Shown one piece after another: positions 1 through 13,269 of a stretch of 64,000 bases of DNA. This DNA is from Octopus sinensis (taxonomy: Eukaryota). Both the position numbers and the translations under genes were made by a program. Position 1 is the stretch's first letter. Each line of letters begins with the position of its first letter. The notes beneath the pieces are model-generated. The model saw only the letters and a list, made by a program, of their open reading frames with translations, did no database searches and was not told where the DNA came from. Location: the NCBI RefSeq assembly GCF_006345805.1, contig NC_043002.1, positions 5,580,001-5,644,000 of the forward strand. The letters run 5' to 3'.

Positions 1-849
1 TGCCACCAGTATTGTCTAGCAGGTTCTAAATAGTGACAGAGAGGTAATATCTTTTTTTTCTTCTGTACGTACCGATTATTGCACTGCAAAATATAGCAAC
101 GACTCCTTTTGCTTTGCTGAATTTCCTTATTTACAAAGGAGAAGTTACTTGTGACAGGCTTATGTTGTTTGCATGAGTAGAGTTGCCCTTCATCAGCATT
201 GTACAACAGAAACTACCAGAGGTAAGCACTGATACTGTCAGTCCAACAGTTGTGACATCTCTTATTGTAATCCACTCTCATTTTAATTCTCTCGCTCTCA
301 CATTCTGATTGTCTGCTGTTCTGATTAGACGTGGTATAAAAACCTCCTCTTTCCACTCACTTTCATTTTATGTCTTCTACAGCCACTCAGAGCCTCTCTA
401 GTTATTCTTTGATAGTCACCTACTTCCTTACTGTGACCTCAAATATCATCTCTATTATGTGAATAACGTATCTCTTTACTTTGGCAACAGATAAATGCAC
501 ATAATTAAGTATGTATAGATTATATATGTGGGTTGGTTTGTTTGTGCGTGTTTGAGCGTGTGCGTAAGCATATGTGTATCATTCAGGGATTCCCACATCA
601 TCTCTATTTGTCCTTTGAGAACCGCCTAATTCTTGATATTTTTCTGCACCGTGCAATCAGATTCTTCTCCGTCAATCTTTCCGTTGGAAATGTGGACCAG
701 TAATTGGCTAACCGCAACCAACGACGTTATTGTTGAACAATTGCAGACAGAACCAACGAAACTGTCCCCGAAACTGTCCCTGCACATGGAAATAATGAGT
801 GTTTGTCTCTTCTTTTAGGATAAACTGAACAATTCTAAAACGATCTGGT

Positions 850-1186
850 TGTTTTTATTGCTGTTGTTGTTTGTTTGTTTATTGAGCGAAGCTCTCTTCG
901 TCCCAGAGCGGGAGAAGTCCGAAACGTGGTCCTTTGCTATTCGTAAGACCCACAGAAGAGAAAGCAGGTAAACCCCCGACACCGAGAGCATCGACGGATG
1001 GGTGAAATAGTGAGAGAAAGTTGGAGCGAAACAGTACAACAGGGGTCGCCACCAACCCCTGCCGGAGCCTCGTGGAGCTTTAGGTGTTTTCGCTCAATAA
1101 ACACACACAACGCCCGATCTGGGAATCGAAACTGCGATCCTCCGACCGCGAGTCCGCTGCCCTAACCATTGGGCCATTGCGCCTCC
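850..1186 (-). mobile_element. tRNA-headed SINE (family 1, CAA-repeat tail)
   Basis: Head GGAGGCGCAATGGCCCAATGGTTAGGGCAGCGGACTCGCGGTC with A/B-box-like motifs, body AAACACCTAAAGCTCCACGAGG, (CAA)-rich end; same tail type at 22263 and 30920. Confidence 0.85.
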
Positions 1187-1844
1187 ACTTGCTGTTGTAG
1201 CTGTTTAGCTTCAGGTCAGCATTAATCCAACAAACCTATAAACAAAAGGCTTAACATCTGAGATTATCTTGATCACATTATCCAATCTTGTGTTCTTCTG
1301 TAAAACAGTTGTTATTTTTAGTAAGTCGAGCAACTGTGTAGAGGTTCTTTCTGATGCAAGTTGAACTGAGGTGATGTAGATTTCTGAAAATGGTACGAGG
1401 AAGAGAGGCAAAAAGCGGGATATCCTCAAATCAGGGATCTGGCCCAAGTACTTGCAAAAGATTGAATTTCATGGTGTTAAATGAGGTGACAGATTTAGTC
1501 CTAATCCCTGATACGATAAAAATAATCATTTGTTTAACCTTTTGCTATCAGAATATGTGTCAATGGGTAGCATTGTGTAACAAATTTTTACCTTCTTTTT
1601 TTAGTGTTATTTCCTATTTGCTTCTTTCTATAAATCAAAGAAAATTACTATTATTCCCTTCAAACTTTACTTTTGTGACTTGACCTGTTTTCCATTACAT
1701 TTCGGACAGATTCGGCGCTGAGATGCTGAAGCAGAAATATCGTTATAGCAAGTATTTTACTCAATATCACAGATTTGCTTATCATTTGCTTGACCTTAAC
1801 CACTTGAGTATATCCCTTAGTGGTTGACAATATGTGCATCTATT

Positions 1845-2078
1845 ACCTATTTCTTTACTACCCACAATGGGCTAAACACAGAGGGGACAAACAAGGACAG
1901 ACACACGGATTAAGTCGATTACATCGACCCTAGTGCGTGACTGGTACTTATTTAATCGACCCCGAAAGGATGAAAGGCAAAGTTGACCTCGGCGGAATTT
2001 GAACTCAGAACGTAACGGCAGACGAAATACTATTAAGCATTTCGCCCAGCTTGCTAACGACTCAGCAAGCTCGCCGCC
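1845..2078 (-). mobile_element. SINE family 3 (TCATCCTTTCGGGGTCGATAAA core)
   Basis: Same sequence recurs at about 24030-24190, 33660-33845, 46262-46930, 52843-53270. Confidence 0.8.
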
Positions 2079-2913
2079 TATCTATTACCATGAGCAGAAG
2101 TAGTGGAGGATCATCATAGCCACGTGCTGAGAGGGATTCTTTGGGGTTTGAATAAAATATAAGAAAAGTAAAGTTTGAAGGAAATATTAGCCTTTTTTTC
2201 ATACATTTTAAGGGTAGGCAAATAGGAAATAACAGTTGCTACGCAAGGACAAAAATCCTGTTAGTGTTAATTTCCGTAGAAAAAATGAGTTGCACGATGA
2301 ATGTAACACTGCCACCGAGAATTGAAAGTTGATGGCCGACGATTTCGGAAAAGAGCTCACCTTCTTATTTAAACGATAATCACCAAAAACAAGAATATTT
2401 GTATATCCCACGCAACAAGTACGATTGGGTCAGTTACTTTAGCTTTCATACAGAATTGATGTTTTGCTACGATCCAACAATGGGCATAAATCTTGGGTTA
2501 TTATTGTCTTTCTCAAAGGCATTAGCAATGTAAGTACGAGTGTATCCAGGATTCGAAAGAAGAGGGTTGTGTTCTTCAATTATCAAAATGGATTTATCAT
2601 AAGCCGTCAACTTTGCCTTTGTATACACACACACACACACACACGCGCGCGCGCGTATTAGAAGTATCTGTCTTTTATCGTTTGCTAGATCACCGCATTG
2701 AAACGCTTAGTCAAACAAATTAACTCCTGTACTAAATTTTCAAAGCATAGTACTTTTCCCTTTCGGTTTATTTTGCCGAAGCATTAAGTTACGGAGACGT
2801 TAACAAACCAACACCGGTTGTCAAGCAGTGCCGGAGAGACAAACGACACAAACACAAGGACACATACGTACATGAATATATACATACAGACATACACACA
2901 CATATTTATATAC

Positions 2914-2944
<31 letters not shown>

Positions 2945-2969
2945 CAGATAGACAGACAGACAGACAGAC

Positions 2970-3036
<67 letters not shown>

Positions 3037-3173
3037 CATACAGATATATATATATAGAGAGAGAGAGATAGATAGACAGACAGACAGACACATATATATA
3101 TATATATATATATTACGGAGATGTACTCGCATAGCAAGTAATTTGATCTGAGATCGTGTGCTGAAACGAAAAC

Positions 3174-3444
3174 AATTGCAGCGTGGAAGGTGTTTATAAG
3201 CCATTTAAGAAACACACAAAAGCCGTTCGATTCACTTCAACATTAAGTTTAATTTTTCAAAATATTTTCGTCGCTAAAATCCGCGACCTGTTCACTGACA
3301 AAGTCCGTGCAGCACGGACTTTGTCAGTGACAGGTCGCGGATTTTAGCGACGAAAATATTTTGACAAATTAAACTTAAATGTTGAAGTGAATCGAACGGC
3401 TTTTGTGTGTTTCTTAAATGGCTTATAAACACCTTCCACGCTGC

Positions 3445-3448
<4 letters not shown>
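3174..3448. repeat. Near-perfect 275-bp palindrome, centre 3311
   Basis: Arms of about 137 bp around GTCCGTGC-A-GCACGGAC, two compensating 1-bp indels and about one substitution. Confidence 0.95.
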
Positions 3449-3497
<49 letters not shown>

Positions 3498-3500
3498 TAT

Positions 3501-3543
<43 letters not shown>

Positions 3544-4057
3544 TATAGATATATAGATAGATAGGACGGCCTTCTCCACAGTTTCTGTCAGTCAAATTCC
3601 CTCACAAGGTATTGGTCGTCTCTAGACTAGACTTGAAGACTCTCGCCCAAGATGGGACTGAACCCAAAACTACTTCTTAACCACACAGCTCTGTCTACTC
3701 TTAGGTGTTCCTATATGTATATATGAATACGTATGTATATAGGTGGCCCAAATGCCTGGTTGGTCCGGTCCTGTCGAACCTTGGTTCTCTGACTGTGTAT
3801 GAATGTTTTAGCCAGAGAAAGAGTGTTTTAGCCGGAAACCTGACTCGACTTGGAAAATAGATCTTCGGTCAGTTTTGATAATAAACATCCCTTTGATTCG
3901 ATCAAAAGATGTTACTCCTTGATGAGTAATAGTATAAGGAAATGTTTCTAGACACTTGTCTCCTGAAGTTGATCCACTGACCACTCAGCATAGCACTGTG
4001 TGAGAAAAGACTTTCAAACAGTCTTTGTCTTTCACAAGGCTTTAGTCAATACAACTA

Positions 4058-4453
4058 GGAGGCGCAATGGCCCAGTGGTTAGGGCAGCGGACTCGCGGTC
4101 ATAGGATCGCGGTTTCGATTCCCAGACCGGGCGTTGTGAGTGTTTATTGAGGCGAAAACACCTAAAGCTCCACGAGGCTCCGGCAGCGGGGTGGTGATCC
4201 CTGGTGTAACTCTTTCACTCTTTCACCACAACTTTCTCACTACTTCTTACTTCCTGTTTCTGTTTTACCTGTATTTCAAAGGGCCGGCCTTGTCACTCTC
4301 TTGTCACGCTGAATATCCCCGAGAACTACGTTAAGGGTACACGTGTCTGTGGAGTGCTCAGCCCTTACACGTTAATTTCACGAGCAGGCTGATTCCGTTC
4401 CGTTGATTCGGATCAACCGGAACCCTCGTCGTCGTAACCGACGGAGTGCTTCC
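4058..4453 (+). mobile_element. tRNA-headed SINE (family 1, ...GGAGTGCTTCC tail) with TSD
   Basis: Full head and tail; GTCAATACAAC flanks both sides (4045-4055, 4458-4468). Confidence 0.9.
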
Positions 4454-4646
4454 AGAGGTCAATACAACGCTAAGTGGTCGGAGGGACATGGCTGAGTTAC
4501 TGCGTAGTGGGATCGAAACTGGAGTCTAATGAGTGTGAAGCGAACTTTTTAACCATTCGGCTACACTTTTGCATCGTTCTATTCAACAAAGCCTGATAAA
4601 CACACGCGCGCACACTTTCTCTATCCCTTCTTCCTTAGCTCTTTCG

Positions 4647-4700
<54 letters not shown>

Positions 4701-4852
4701 CACACACACACATACACACCAGATTTAAATTGACATACTCATACACCTGTTGAACGAATGCTTATATTCTAAATGTTGTATACCGCTAGTGAGTGTGTGC
4801 GTGTGTGTGTGTGTGTGTTTGTGTATGTGTGTGTGTTTGTGTATGTGTGTGG

Positions 4853-4916
<64 letters not shown>

Positions 4917-5533
4917 AAGAGTGAGAGAGAGGGGGGTCCTCGCTTGCGCGTGCTCCTGTGGGAATTATCTCTTACTCTGTTAAAAAGATAAAATGGAAGA
5001 AAAGAAGTTTGTTTTCTTTTAAAAAGATTTCATCTCTGAAGTCTTTCGGTGTTTTATAAATAATAATAATAATAACAACAACAACATCAACAACAACAGC
5101 AACAACAACAATCGAATTACCAACAGCAAACTCATTGGACCTGAATATCAGATGCGCGGTATTTTATCAATTTCAATATCCGAAACGAGCAACGGGCATC
5201 ACGTAGGAATAAGGTTTACAATATATAAGACGACTGATAACCATCCGTAACATACATTGCTTCGAAGCAGATGTCAGCCAGCAATACATAATAGGGCGAG
5301 AAGAAAGAGCTAGAAAGAGTCTTTGAAGATGGAAATGTACTTTAAGATTACAATATGTTGAACCAGATAATAATCAATAAGGTTTAAAAGAGTTCGTGAG
5401 AATAGCAAAAGCTGTACATAAATGAGGTAGCTCACCCGTCACATTTGACGATGGTCTAAGCAGATGCTAGACACCTACCGCAAATTTATATATATATATA
5501 TAATATATATAATATATATATATAATATATATT

Positions 5534-5567
<34 letters not shown>

Positions 5568-5670
5568 ATATATATATATATGATAAAGGGTAAAATTAAT
5601 TAATTAACTAGTAATTAATAATTCCCCCAATAGATTCGGCATGAAAAGGACCATTTTTCGGAAGCTTAAA

Positions 5671-5829
5671 CAATATTATATATTACGAGTATAGTTATAA
5701 TTAGGGTTCAGCAAAGATTGCTTTACACATACCGAAGTTCTTTGGCTGCTATTTCTAAACTTCGGTATCTGGTAAAGCAAATCTTTGCTGAACCCTAATT
5801 ATAACTATACTCGTATTATAAAATATTGT
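5671..5829. repeat. Inverted repeat, about 70-bp arms, about 17-nt loop
   Basis: CAATATT...TACCGAAGTT and its near-exact reverse complement AACTTCGGTA...AATATTG. Confidence 0.9.
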
Positions 5830-5944
5830 AATATATATATATATATATAGATTATATATTATATATATATATAGATAGATAGATATATAGAATAGATAGA
5901 TCGATAGATAGATAGATATATAGATAGTAGATAGATAGATATAT

Positions 5945-6101
5945 TTATAGGGAGAGTTTTACGAAAAAAACAAAGACGAAGACAGGTGGTGTACAAAACA
6001 AACGATGTATTAGTATAACGCTCAGGAATAGAAGAAGTCTTTTACGTTTTCGAGCCTATGCTCTTCTACAGAAAGGACACAGAAAAAACAAGGAGAGAAA
6101 C
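5945..6101 (-). mobile_element. Short hammerhead-like element, family A
   Basis: Minus strand CTTT CTGTAGA A GAGC ATAG GCTC GAAAAC GTA AAAG at about 6038-6075; homologues at 6545, 31970, 49520. Confidence 0.65.
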
Positions 6102-6128
6102 TATATATATATATATATATATTGGAAT

Positions 6129-6511
6129 GGAAGCACTCCGTCGTTTACGAACGACGATGATGGGTTCCGGTTGATCCGAATCAACGGGACAGCCTACTCG
6201 TGAATTTACGTGTAAGTGGCTGAGCACTCCACAGACACGTGCAACCTAACGTAGTTCTCGGGATATTCAGCGTGACACAGAAGTGTACACGGCCTGCCCT
6301 TTGAAATACAGGTAGCAACCGAACAGGAAAGTAAGAGTGAGAGAAATTGTGGTGAAAGAGTACAGCAGGGATCACCACCATCCCCTGCCGGAGCCTCGTG
6401 GACTTTTAGGTGTTTTTCGCTCAATAAACCTCACAACGCCCGGTCTGGGAATCGAAACCGCGATCCTATGACCGCGAGTTCGCTGCCTAACCACTGGGCC
6501 ATTGCACCTCC
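6129..6511 (-). mobile_element. tRNA-headed SINE (family 1)
   Basis: Reverse-complement match to 4058-4453. Confidence 0.9.
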
Positions 6512-6544
6512 ACTATATATATATATGTTAGCTACTGCACGCAT

Positions 6545-6722
6545 TTTTTTTCTCGCCTTCTTTCTGTTTGTTTTCTCTCTCTGTGTATCTTTCTGTTGAA
6601 GAGCGTAGGCTCGAAACGTTAAAGACTTGTTTTTATTTATATTTCCCTGAGCGCCATACTAATACAATTGTTCGTTTGTTTTCCACCTGCCTTCGTCTTT
6701 GTTTATTTTCATAAGCTTCCCG
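6545..6722 (+). mobile_element. Short hammerhead-like element, family A
   Basis: TCTTT CTGTTGA A GAGC GTAG GCTC GAAAC GTT AAAGA at 6588-6625; stems I and II fully paired. Confidence 0.7.
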
Positions 6723-6910
6723 TTATATATATAATTATTATATATATACATATATATATATATATATACATATATACATATATATATACATATATATACC
6801 AGATATACATATATATATATACATATATATATATACATATATACATAAATTATATACATATATATACTACATTATAATATATATAATATAGATACATAAT
6901 ATATATATAC

Positions 6911-6941
<31 letters not shown>

Positions 6942-6952
6942 ATATATATATA

Positions 6953-6999
<47 letters not shown>

Positions 7000-7009
7000 C
7001 ATATATATA

Positions 7010-7065
<56 letters not shown>

Positions 7066-7146
7066 ATAGTTTGAGTATAGAAATTCGGGGTGAGTACTTG
7101 ATATTATAATCACCTGTGTATACCGTTTGGTGGTGTAGGTGGGGAG

Positions 7147-7526
7147 TAAATTGATCAAATAAAAACATGATGCGAAGGATTCAGCGTACATATGTTTCGG
7201 GCCTTTTATTAGACAGATTTATAACATGCATAATGTATGTCTGTGGCCTCTTCAGCCGCCACAACAGCTTCCACACGGACATGTGTTACCATCAAAATTC
7301 TTGGTTGGGGATGCAAATCCTCTCATTCGCTTACGACATAATGCGGCAGCAGCATAGAATTGAAGCGTCCATCTCCTTCTCTCAATGTAGAATGAGGAAA
7401 AATGGATGTTGAAGTAATGTACATAAATAAATACATATATAGACGTGAAGATGGAGGGGCGAGTCTAATAAAGGCCCGAAACATATGTACCGCTGAATCC
7501 TTCGCATCATGTTTTTATTTTGATCA

Positions 7527-7531
<5 letters not shown>
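7147..7531. repeat. Foldback/MITE-like element, about 68-bp inverted arms
   Basis: 7147-7214 is the near-exact reverse complement of 7463-7531; right arm runs into (TA)n. Confidence 0.9.
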
Positions 7532-7560
<29 letters not shown>

Positions 7561-8145
7561 GGAAAGAGCTGCGAACACATATGCATATCAAACTCACTAT
7601 CTCGTTCTTACACAACATGGCCTGTGGTAAGATAGTGTCAAGACAACTGAGCATGTACGAGAATGCTTAATGCATTGGTTTTGCTTTTACTTTCATTATG
7701 CTTTATCACATTAGATTCCCTTCACTGTTGTAGACCAACTGCTGGTCTCAGAATTTCATATAAACATTTCATTTACAGCTGAGTAGATGAGAACATGAAG
7801 TTCCTTGCTCAAGGATACAACATATTCTTCGCTCCAGGAATTCATGATCTTACGAACAGGAGTCAAATATGCACCTTTGCAATTGATGTACTCAAGACCG
7901 TAGAAGCAACTGACAACATTTTCTCAAAATGTCTGGCTTTTTGATCATGTTAGTCGTCAATATACCCTTGTAGCTAAGAAACGATTATTAGTGATACCAA
8001 CTAGGTCTCGTTTGTTTTAGTCGCTCGATTCTCACTTCCATATTACTCTATCAAGCGCTTTCTCTTTCTCCTCTCTCTCCCTTTCTCAATCTCTTTCTTA
8101 CCCTCTCTTCTTCTGTGTGTGTGTGTGTATATATATACATATACA

Positions 8146-8176
<31 letters not shown>

Positions 8177-8177
8177 G

Positions 8178-8208
<31 letters not shown>

Positions 8209-8265
8209 GTACATACATACACATATATATACATACACACAAACATAGGTCAGCTGCGGATAGAT

Positions 8266-8332
<67 letters not shown>

Positions 8333-8333
8333 T

Positions 8334-8369
<36 letters not shown>

Positions 8370-11132
8370 TGTTTCTTTATTAGCCACACAGGGCTGCACA
8401 CAGATAGAACAAATTACAAGGTAGAGCTTTTCTTTTGAAGTTTAAAAAAAAAAAAAAAAAAAAAAATAAAAAAAAATAAAATAAATAAAATAAAATAAAA
8501 ATGGGGGTCGATCAAAAGGATCGTAAAAGGAGAGAAAGAGGACAAAAAAAGGGGGGGTTAAAAAAAAAGGGGGTGAGGAAAAAATTGATCAATAGGAATC
8601 GTTTCACAGAATGTCAATATGAAGTGTAAGGGGGGGACAGGTGAGGTTTTACCCGTGGAAAGAAAAGCCTACGGAAAAGACCACGTAACCTCGGTCATGA
8701 AAGTCACAGTTCATAGTTATATTTCTTTTTTTTTTTTTTTTTGCAAATAAGCAACTCTCTGTATTAATTTTTACGGTTCATAGAATCATAGTCAAGGTGG
8801 CTTCGTCATTCATACGTGCCATCCTTGCTACTTCACCCATCTTTTTTTAAAACATTCACTAGACAAACTTGCCTCTCTACTCTCACTGTTTTTTTCTTCA
8901 AGTGATACTTGAAGAAGTTGATGAGAGATTGACCAGAGAGGAAAGTGTTTTGTCTCTAATCCTTTCAGACGCGTCCCCAGATACATTCTTTCGCCATAGC
9001 CACAATATGATAAAAATAGCTCTTCCTTCCCCGTTTGAAGGAAGGAGGCGTGACGCTATTAACGATAGACTCGGCTGATAAACCGACACGTCCCACACGT
9101 GACAGCAGTCGTTCGACATAAGCCCACAGGTGGAATTGCTGGACACTGCAACGATGCGTGCAGAGCGGTTTCGTCGCTCTGCCGCATCTCGGGCAGGTCG
9201 GCCCCGTGTTTTCTCGAGCCATGCCTGTAGAGCTAGTTATCCCGAACGGGTAGCGCTTCTCGGTAGCACCGCCAGGCCAGGGATCTCTGGAAGTTGTCCA
9301 TAAGGTCCCGGGCCGAAAGTCGTTTGAAACAGGCGGGTCAGGTATTCCTCGTCGACGCCCAGGTTTGCCCCGAGATCGTCGTCGTACTCCCCTCCACTAA
9401 TCCCCTATAGAATGCTTTGGTTTGTGGTTGAAGTCACTCAAGGTCGACCCGAGACGGCAGAGTTGCTTGAGAGCAACGCGACATCGCGGTGCCATTCGCC
9501 CTTCTTCGGCCTCTTTTTGATCCACGACTGTAGTTCGGTCATGGAGACGAGTTGCGGAATGCGTGCCTCACAAACGGCGACCACACCTGTTCACCGTCGC
9601 TACATAGAGCCAGAGAGTCGCAGTCTCAGCGCGTGTCTGCGCATCATCAACACGGCTGCCCACCCTCCTTTTAACGGTGTTGACAGCAAATGGATCGCCT
9701 GACCATCGGGACGCATCCTTTCCACAAGAGCGAAAGAGAATTCTTTGTAGTTGGTGATGGTAGGGTCGGGACAAGGTACGACGGTCAGGCGGTAGTAGAT
9801 GACGGACGCGATGTACGTGTTCGCCACCTCCGCCCGACCTTTTAGTGACAGTTTCCTCTCGGCCCATTGCCGGGCGAGAGTGACCACCCTACTCGTTATC
9901 TCGTTCCAGTTCTTCTCCCACTTGGAGGTCCGGACCAAACCAGACCCCGAGCAACTCAACAGGGCCGTCGGTCCAGCGTCCCACGACGGAGGCGCTGGTG
10001 GACGGCATGGGCTTGCTTCTCTCAGGTGCCTAGTCGCAAGCCCACTGACTTTTCCCGGTTGATTTTCGCTCCTGTCACCGCTTCGTAGTTTTTCAGTGTC
10101 TCGCCGACCTGCTCGATGTGCTCGTGGCTAGACACTATGACGGTGACGGTCGTCCGCGTATGCAGACACGCTCGTCCCGCATCCCAGTTCTCGCGGGATG
10201 CCTCTCAAGTTGCCAGCTTCCGCATAATGGCTCGAGAGTCAATACGTATAGAAGCGACGAGAGGGGGCACATCCCTGACGGACCGACGTGCGATGTCGAA
10301 GGTCTCGATAGATGTCCATTCACGCGAATTACCGAACGGATGCCTCTGTACAAAGCGGCTATCCAGCCGCGGAAGACGGGACCGAAGCCAGCCGCCCGAG
10401 GACCGCCTCCAAGTATCGATAGTCCACCCTATCGAAAGCTTTCGATTGATCCAAATTGATCAGCGCCCCACCCATGCCAGGTTCGTTAACTACTACCTGT
10501 CTATGATGTAGTGCATCAGGTGGAGGTTGTCATGGATGGTCCGGCTGGCACGGCGCATGTTTGCGCCTTGTCGACCAGTTTCTCGATGACAAGCGCCAAC
10601 CTCTTGGCTAGCACCTTGGCCAAAATTTTCAAGTCTGCATTAAGCAGAGTGATGGGCCTAAAGTTATCTATTACATTCCCTTGTTTAGATCTTTCTTCAG
10701 CAGTGTTACGGCTCCTCGGCTCACAAAACCAGGAATGCTCCCGTTTTTTTCTGTCAGTTGCAGTACACCAAACCGCCGCCAAGAGATCTCCAACAAGTCT
10801 GGCATACATTGTAAAGCTCGTAGGGTAGACCATCCAAACCGGTGATTTGTCCCTCGAGCATTCTGCCATCGCTTCCTGCACTCCGCCGCCGCCGTGATGG
10901 CACCTTCGCAGCACCCTGCCTTTCTTGTCGAGAGTCGTGGTAGGCTATGTAGGTAGGCACTGAAGTCCACCCTACGTTCTTGCCCTCCACTCGTTCCGAA
11001 CAGTCGTGCAAAATGCTGCTGAAAGGCCTCACACATTTTACTTGGCTCGAGCAATTCGCGCCCCTGTTCATCTACCAGGGACCGAATGGTGGCTTTGTTG
11101 CCCTGTTCGCCTCTGCCACCCGGGCCTCTCTC

Positions 11133-11135
<3 letters not shown>
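8370..11135 (-). mobile_element. 5'-truncated, frameshifted Tx1/L1-clade LINE (RT + C-terminal zinc knuckle + 3'UTR)
   Basis: Minus-strand KSPGLDGLPYE, NFRPITLLNADLKILAKVLAKRL, LDQSKAFDRVD, YADD (10149-10160), LSLKGRAEVANTYIAS, CPRCG; 3' end AATAAAGAAAC then (TATC)n. Confidence 0.92.
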
Positions 11136-11214
<79 letters not shown>

Positions 11215-11216
<2 letters not shown>

Positions 11217-12050
11217 GTTTCTTTATTGGCCACACAGAGCTTCACACAGATGGGACAAGTTACAAGGTAGAGCTTTTCTTTTGGGGGATGAAAAAAACAA
11301 AAAACAAAAGAAACAAAAAAAAAAGGGGGTGGCGTAGGTTTTCGATCAAGAGGGATCGTAAAAGGGAAGAAAAGAACAAAAAAAAATAAATAGATAAATA
11401 AAATAAAAAATAAAAAGAATAAAAAAAAAAAGAAAAGGAAAAGGAACAAAAGAAAAGAGAAATGAAAAAAGAAGAAAAAAGGGGAAAAAAAGGGGAAGAG
11501 GAAAAAAACGATCAATAGGGATCGTGTATCACAGTGTTATGATATATGGTGTAAAGGGGAAAGCAAGTAAGCTTTATCCGTGGGAAGAAAAGCCTACGAA
11601 AAAGACCACGGTAACCTTGGTCAATATTGTTATATGTTACCACATTTGTTTGCAAGTGGGTAACCCTCTGTTTTCAATTTCTGGGTTCATAGGATTATGC
11701 TCAAGGTGGCTTCGTCATTCATACATGCCATCCTTGCTACATTCACCCATCTTTTTTTAAAACATTCGCTAGACAAAACTTGCCTCTCTACTCTCACTTT
11801 CCTTTTCAAGTGGTACTTGAAGAAGTTGATGAGAGATTGACCAGAGAGGAAAGTGTATGTCTCCAATCCTTTCAGACGCGTCCACCAGATACATTCTTTC
11901 GCCATAGCCACAAGGGTGATGAAAATAGCTCTTCCTTCCCGTTTGAAGGAAGGAGGCGTGACAATATTGACGATAGACTCAGCTGATAAACCGACTCGTC
12001 CCACACGTGACAGCAGTTGTTCGACATAAGCCCACAGGTCGGAAATTGTT
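11215..12050 (-). mobile_element. Second, shorter copy of the same Tx1/L1-clade LINE
   Basis: [27 protein letters not shown]...NDEATLSIIL, clearly homologous to 8370-9140; same AATAAAGAAAC end. Confidence 0.92.
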
Positions 12051-12051
12051 G

Positions 12052-12082
<31 letters not shown>

Positions 12083-12091
12083 TGATAGATT

Positions 12092-12122
<31 letters not shown>

Positions 12123-12131
12123 TGATAGATT

Positions 12132-12196
<65 letters not shown>

Positions 12197-13269
12197 TAGT
12201 ATTGACTGCTTTCCAACACTCTTCATACCCTCCCTTTTTCATTCATTGCTCCTTTTACTCTCTCTCTCTCCCTTCGTATCTGTCTCCATTCTATCATTTT
12301 CTCTTCATTCTCTTCGTTTTTGGAAGTTTAATATTTTGAAGTAATTACTTTTCTTCTCTATCTTCTTGTCCTCATTCCCATTCGTTCAATTTCTCACGCG
12401 CACGCAGACACACACCTTTCATTTCCTTCCTTTCTCATTTATTCTCAGTTCTCTTCTCAACCGTTCTCTACTCCCTTGTGAATTCCCATTCCAGTTGATA
12501 CTCCTTTAAATATATTCCACTATTTTCATCATATACCAAGCCTTTGATCGCAACAGCAGACGACATTTTCATTTATGTTATATATATGGCGAGGAGGGAG
12601 AACGAAGACTCGGGAGATGTATGTAGATATATTAATGCATTTGAGCAAACGAAAGACTGAGTTAGAGAAAGCGAGAGAAAGAAAAAAGAAGTAATGAGGA
12701 TGAAAGAAGAAGGATGTTCTTAATATCCATGCAAATGTGATAGGCAGAATATTAGGTATGTGTATCATTCAACCACAGTAGTGGTTGAATATATTCTTAA
12801 GTCCACCATTTTGTCAATCGCAGCAGCTTCCAAGCTTCACCGCTAATTCAATTCTCAACTAAATTGTAAACTGTTAACAGTTTTAAAGAGGACACCTCCT
12901 CAGCTACATTTAGCATAAATAGTTTGAGATTTGGTTCAGCAGAAAAAAAGTTACATTAAAATATCTGCGACCTCAGCGGGGTGGGGCAGTAAGGCACCTA
13001 TTTACCTTCAATTAACATAAACTTTTTAATTTTAAATTAAAAGTATACCTTTCTTAAGCTTAAATGATAGAAAAATGCATGAGGAATTCAGAATCACTAG
13101 CCGCATTGAACAAAATTTAGTAGAAAAAGAGTTATGAGGTAAAATGTTACCAAATTTCCTGTCAATAAGAGAGTAAGGGAGTAACGCTTCAGCTATAAGA
13201 ATAAAGAATATATTTCTAAAATCAATGTTTACCTCGTATGGCGACTAGCTGGCGGAAATGTTAGCGACA

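Noticed and set aside
4058-4135. tRNA-like sequences here and at other SINE heads
   Set aside because: They continue into SINE bodies and lack a proper acceptor stem; not tRNA genes.
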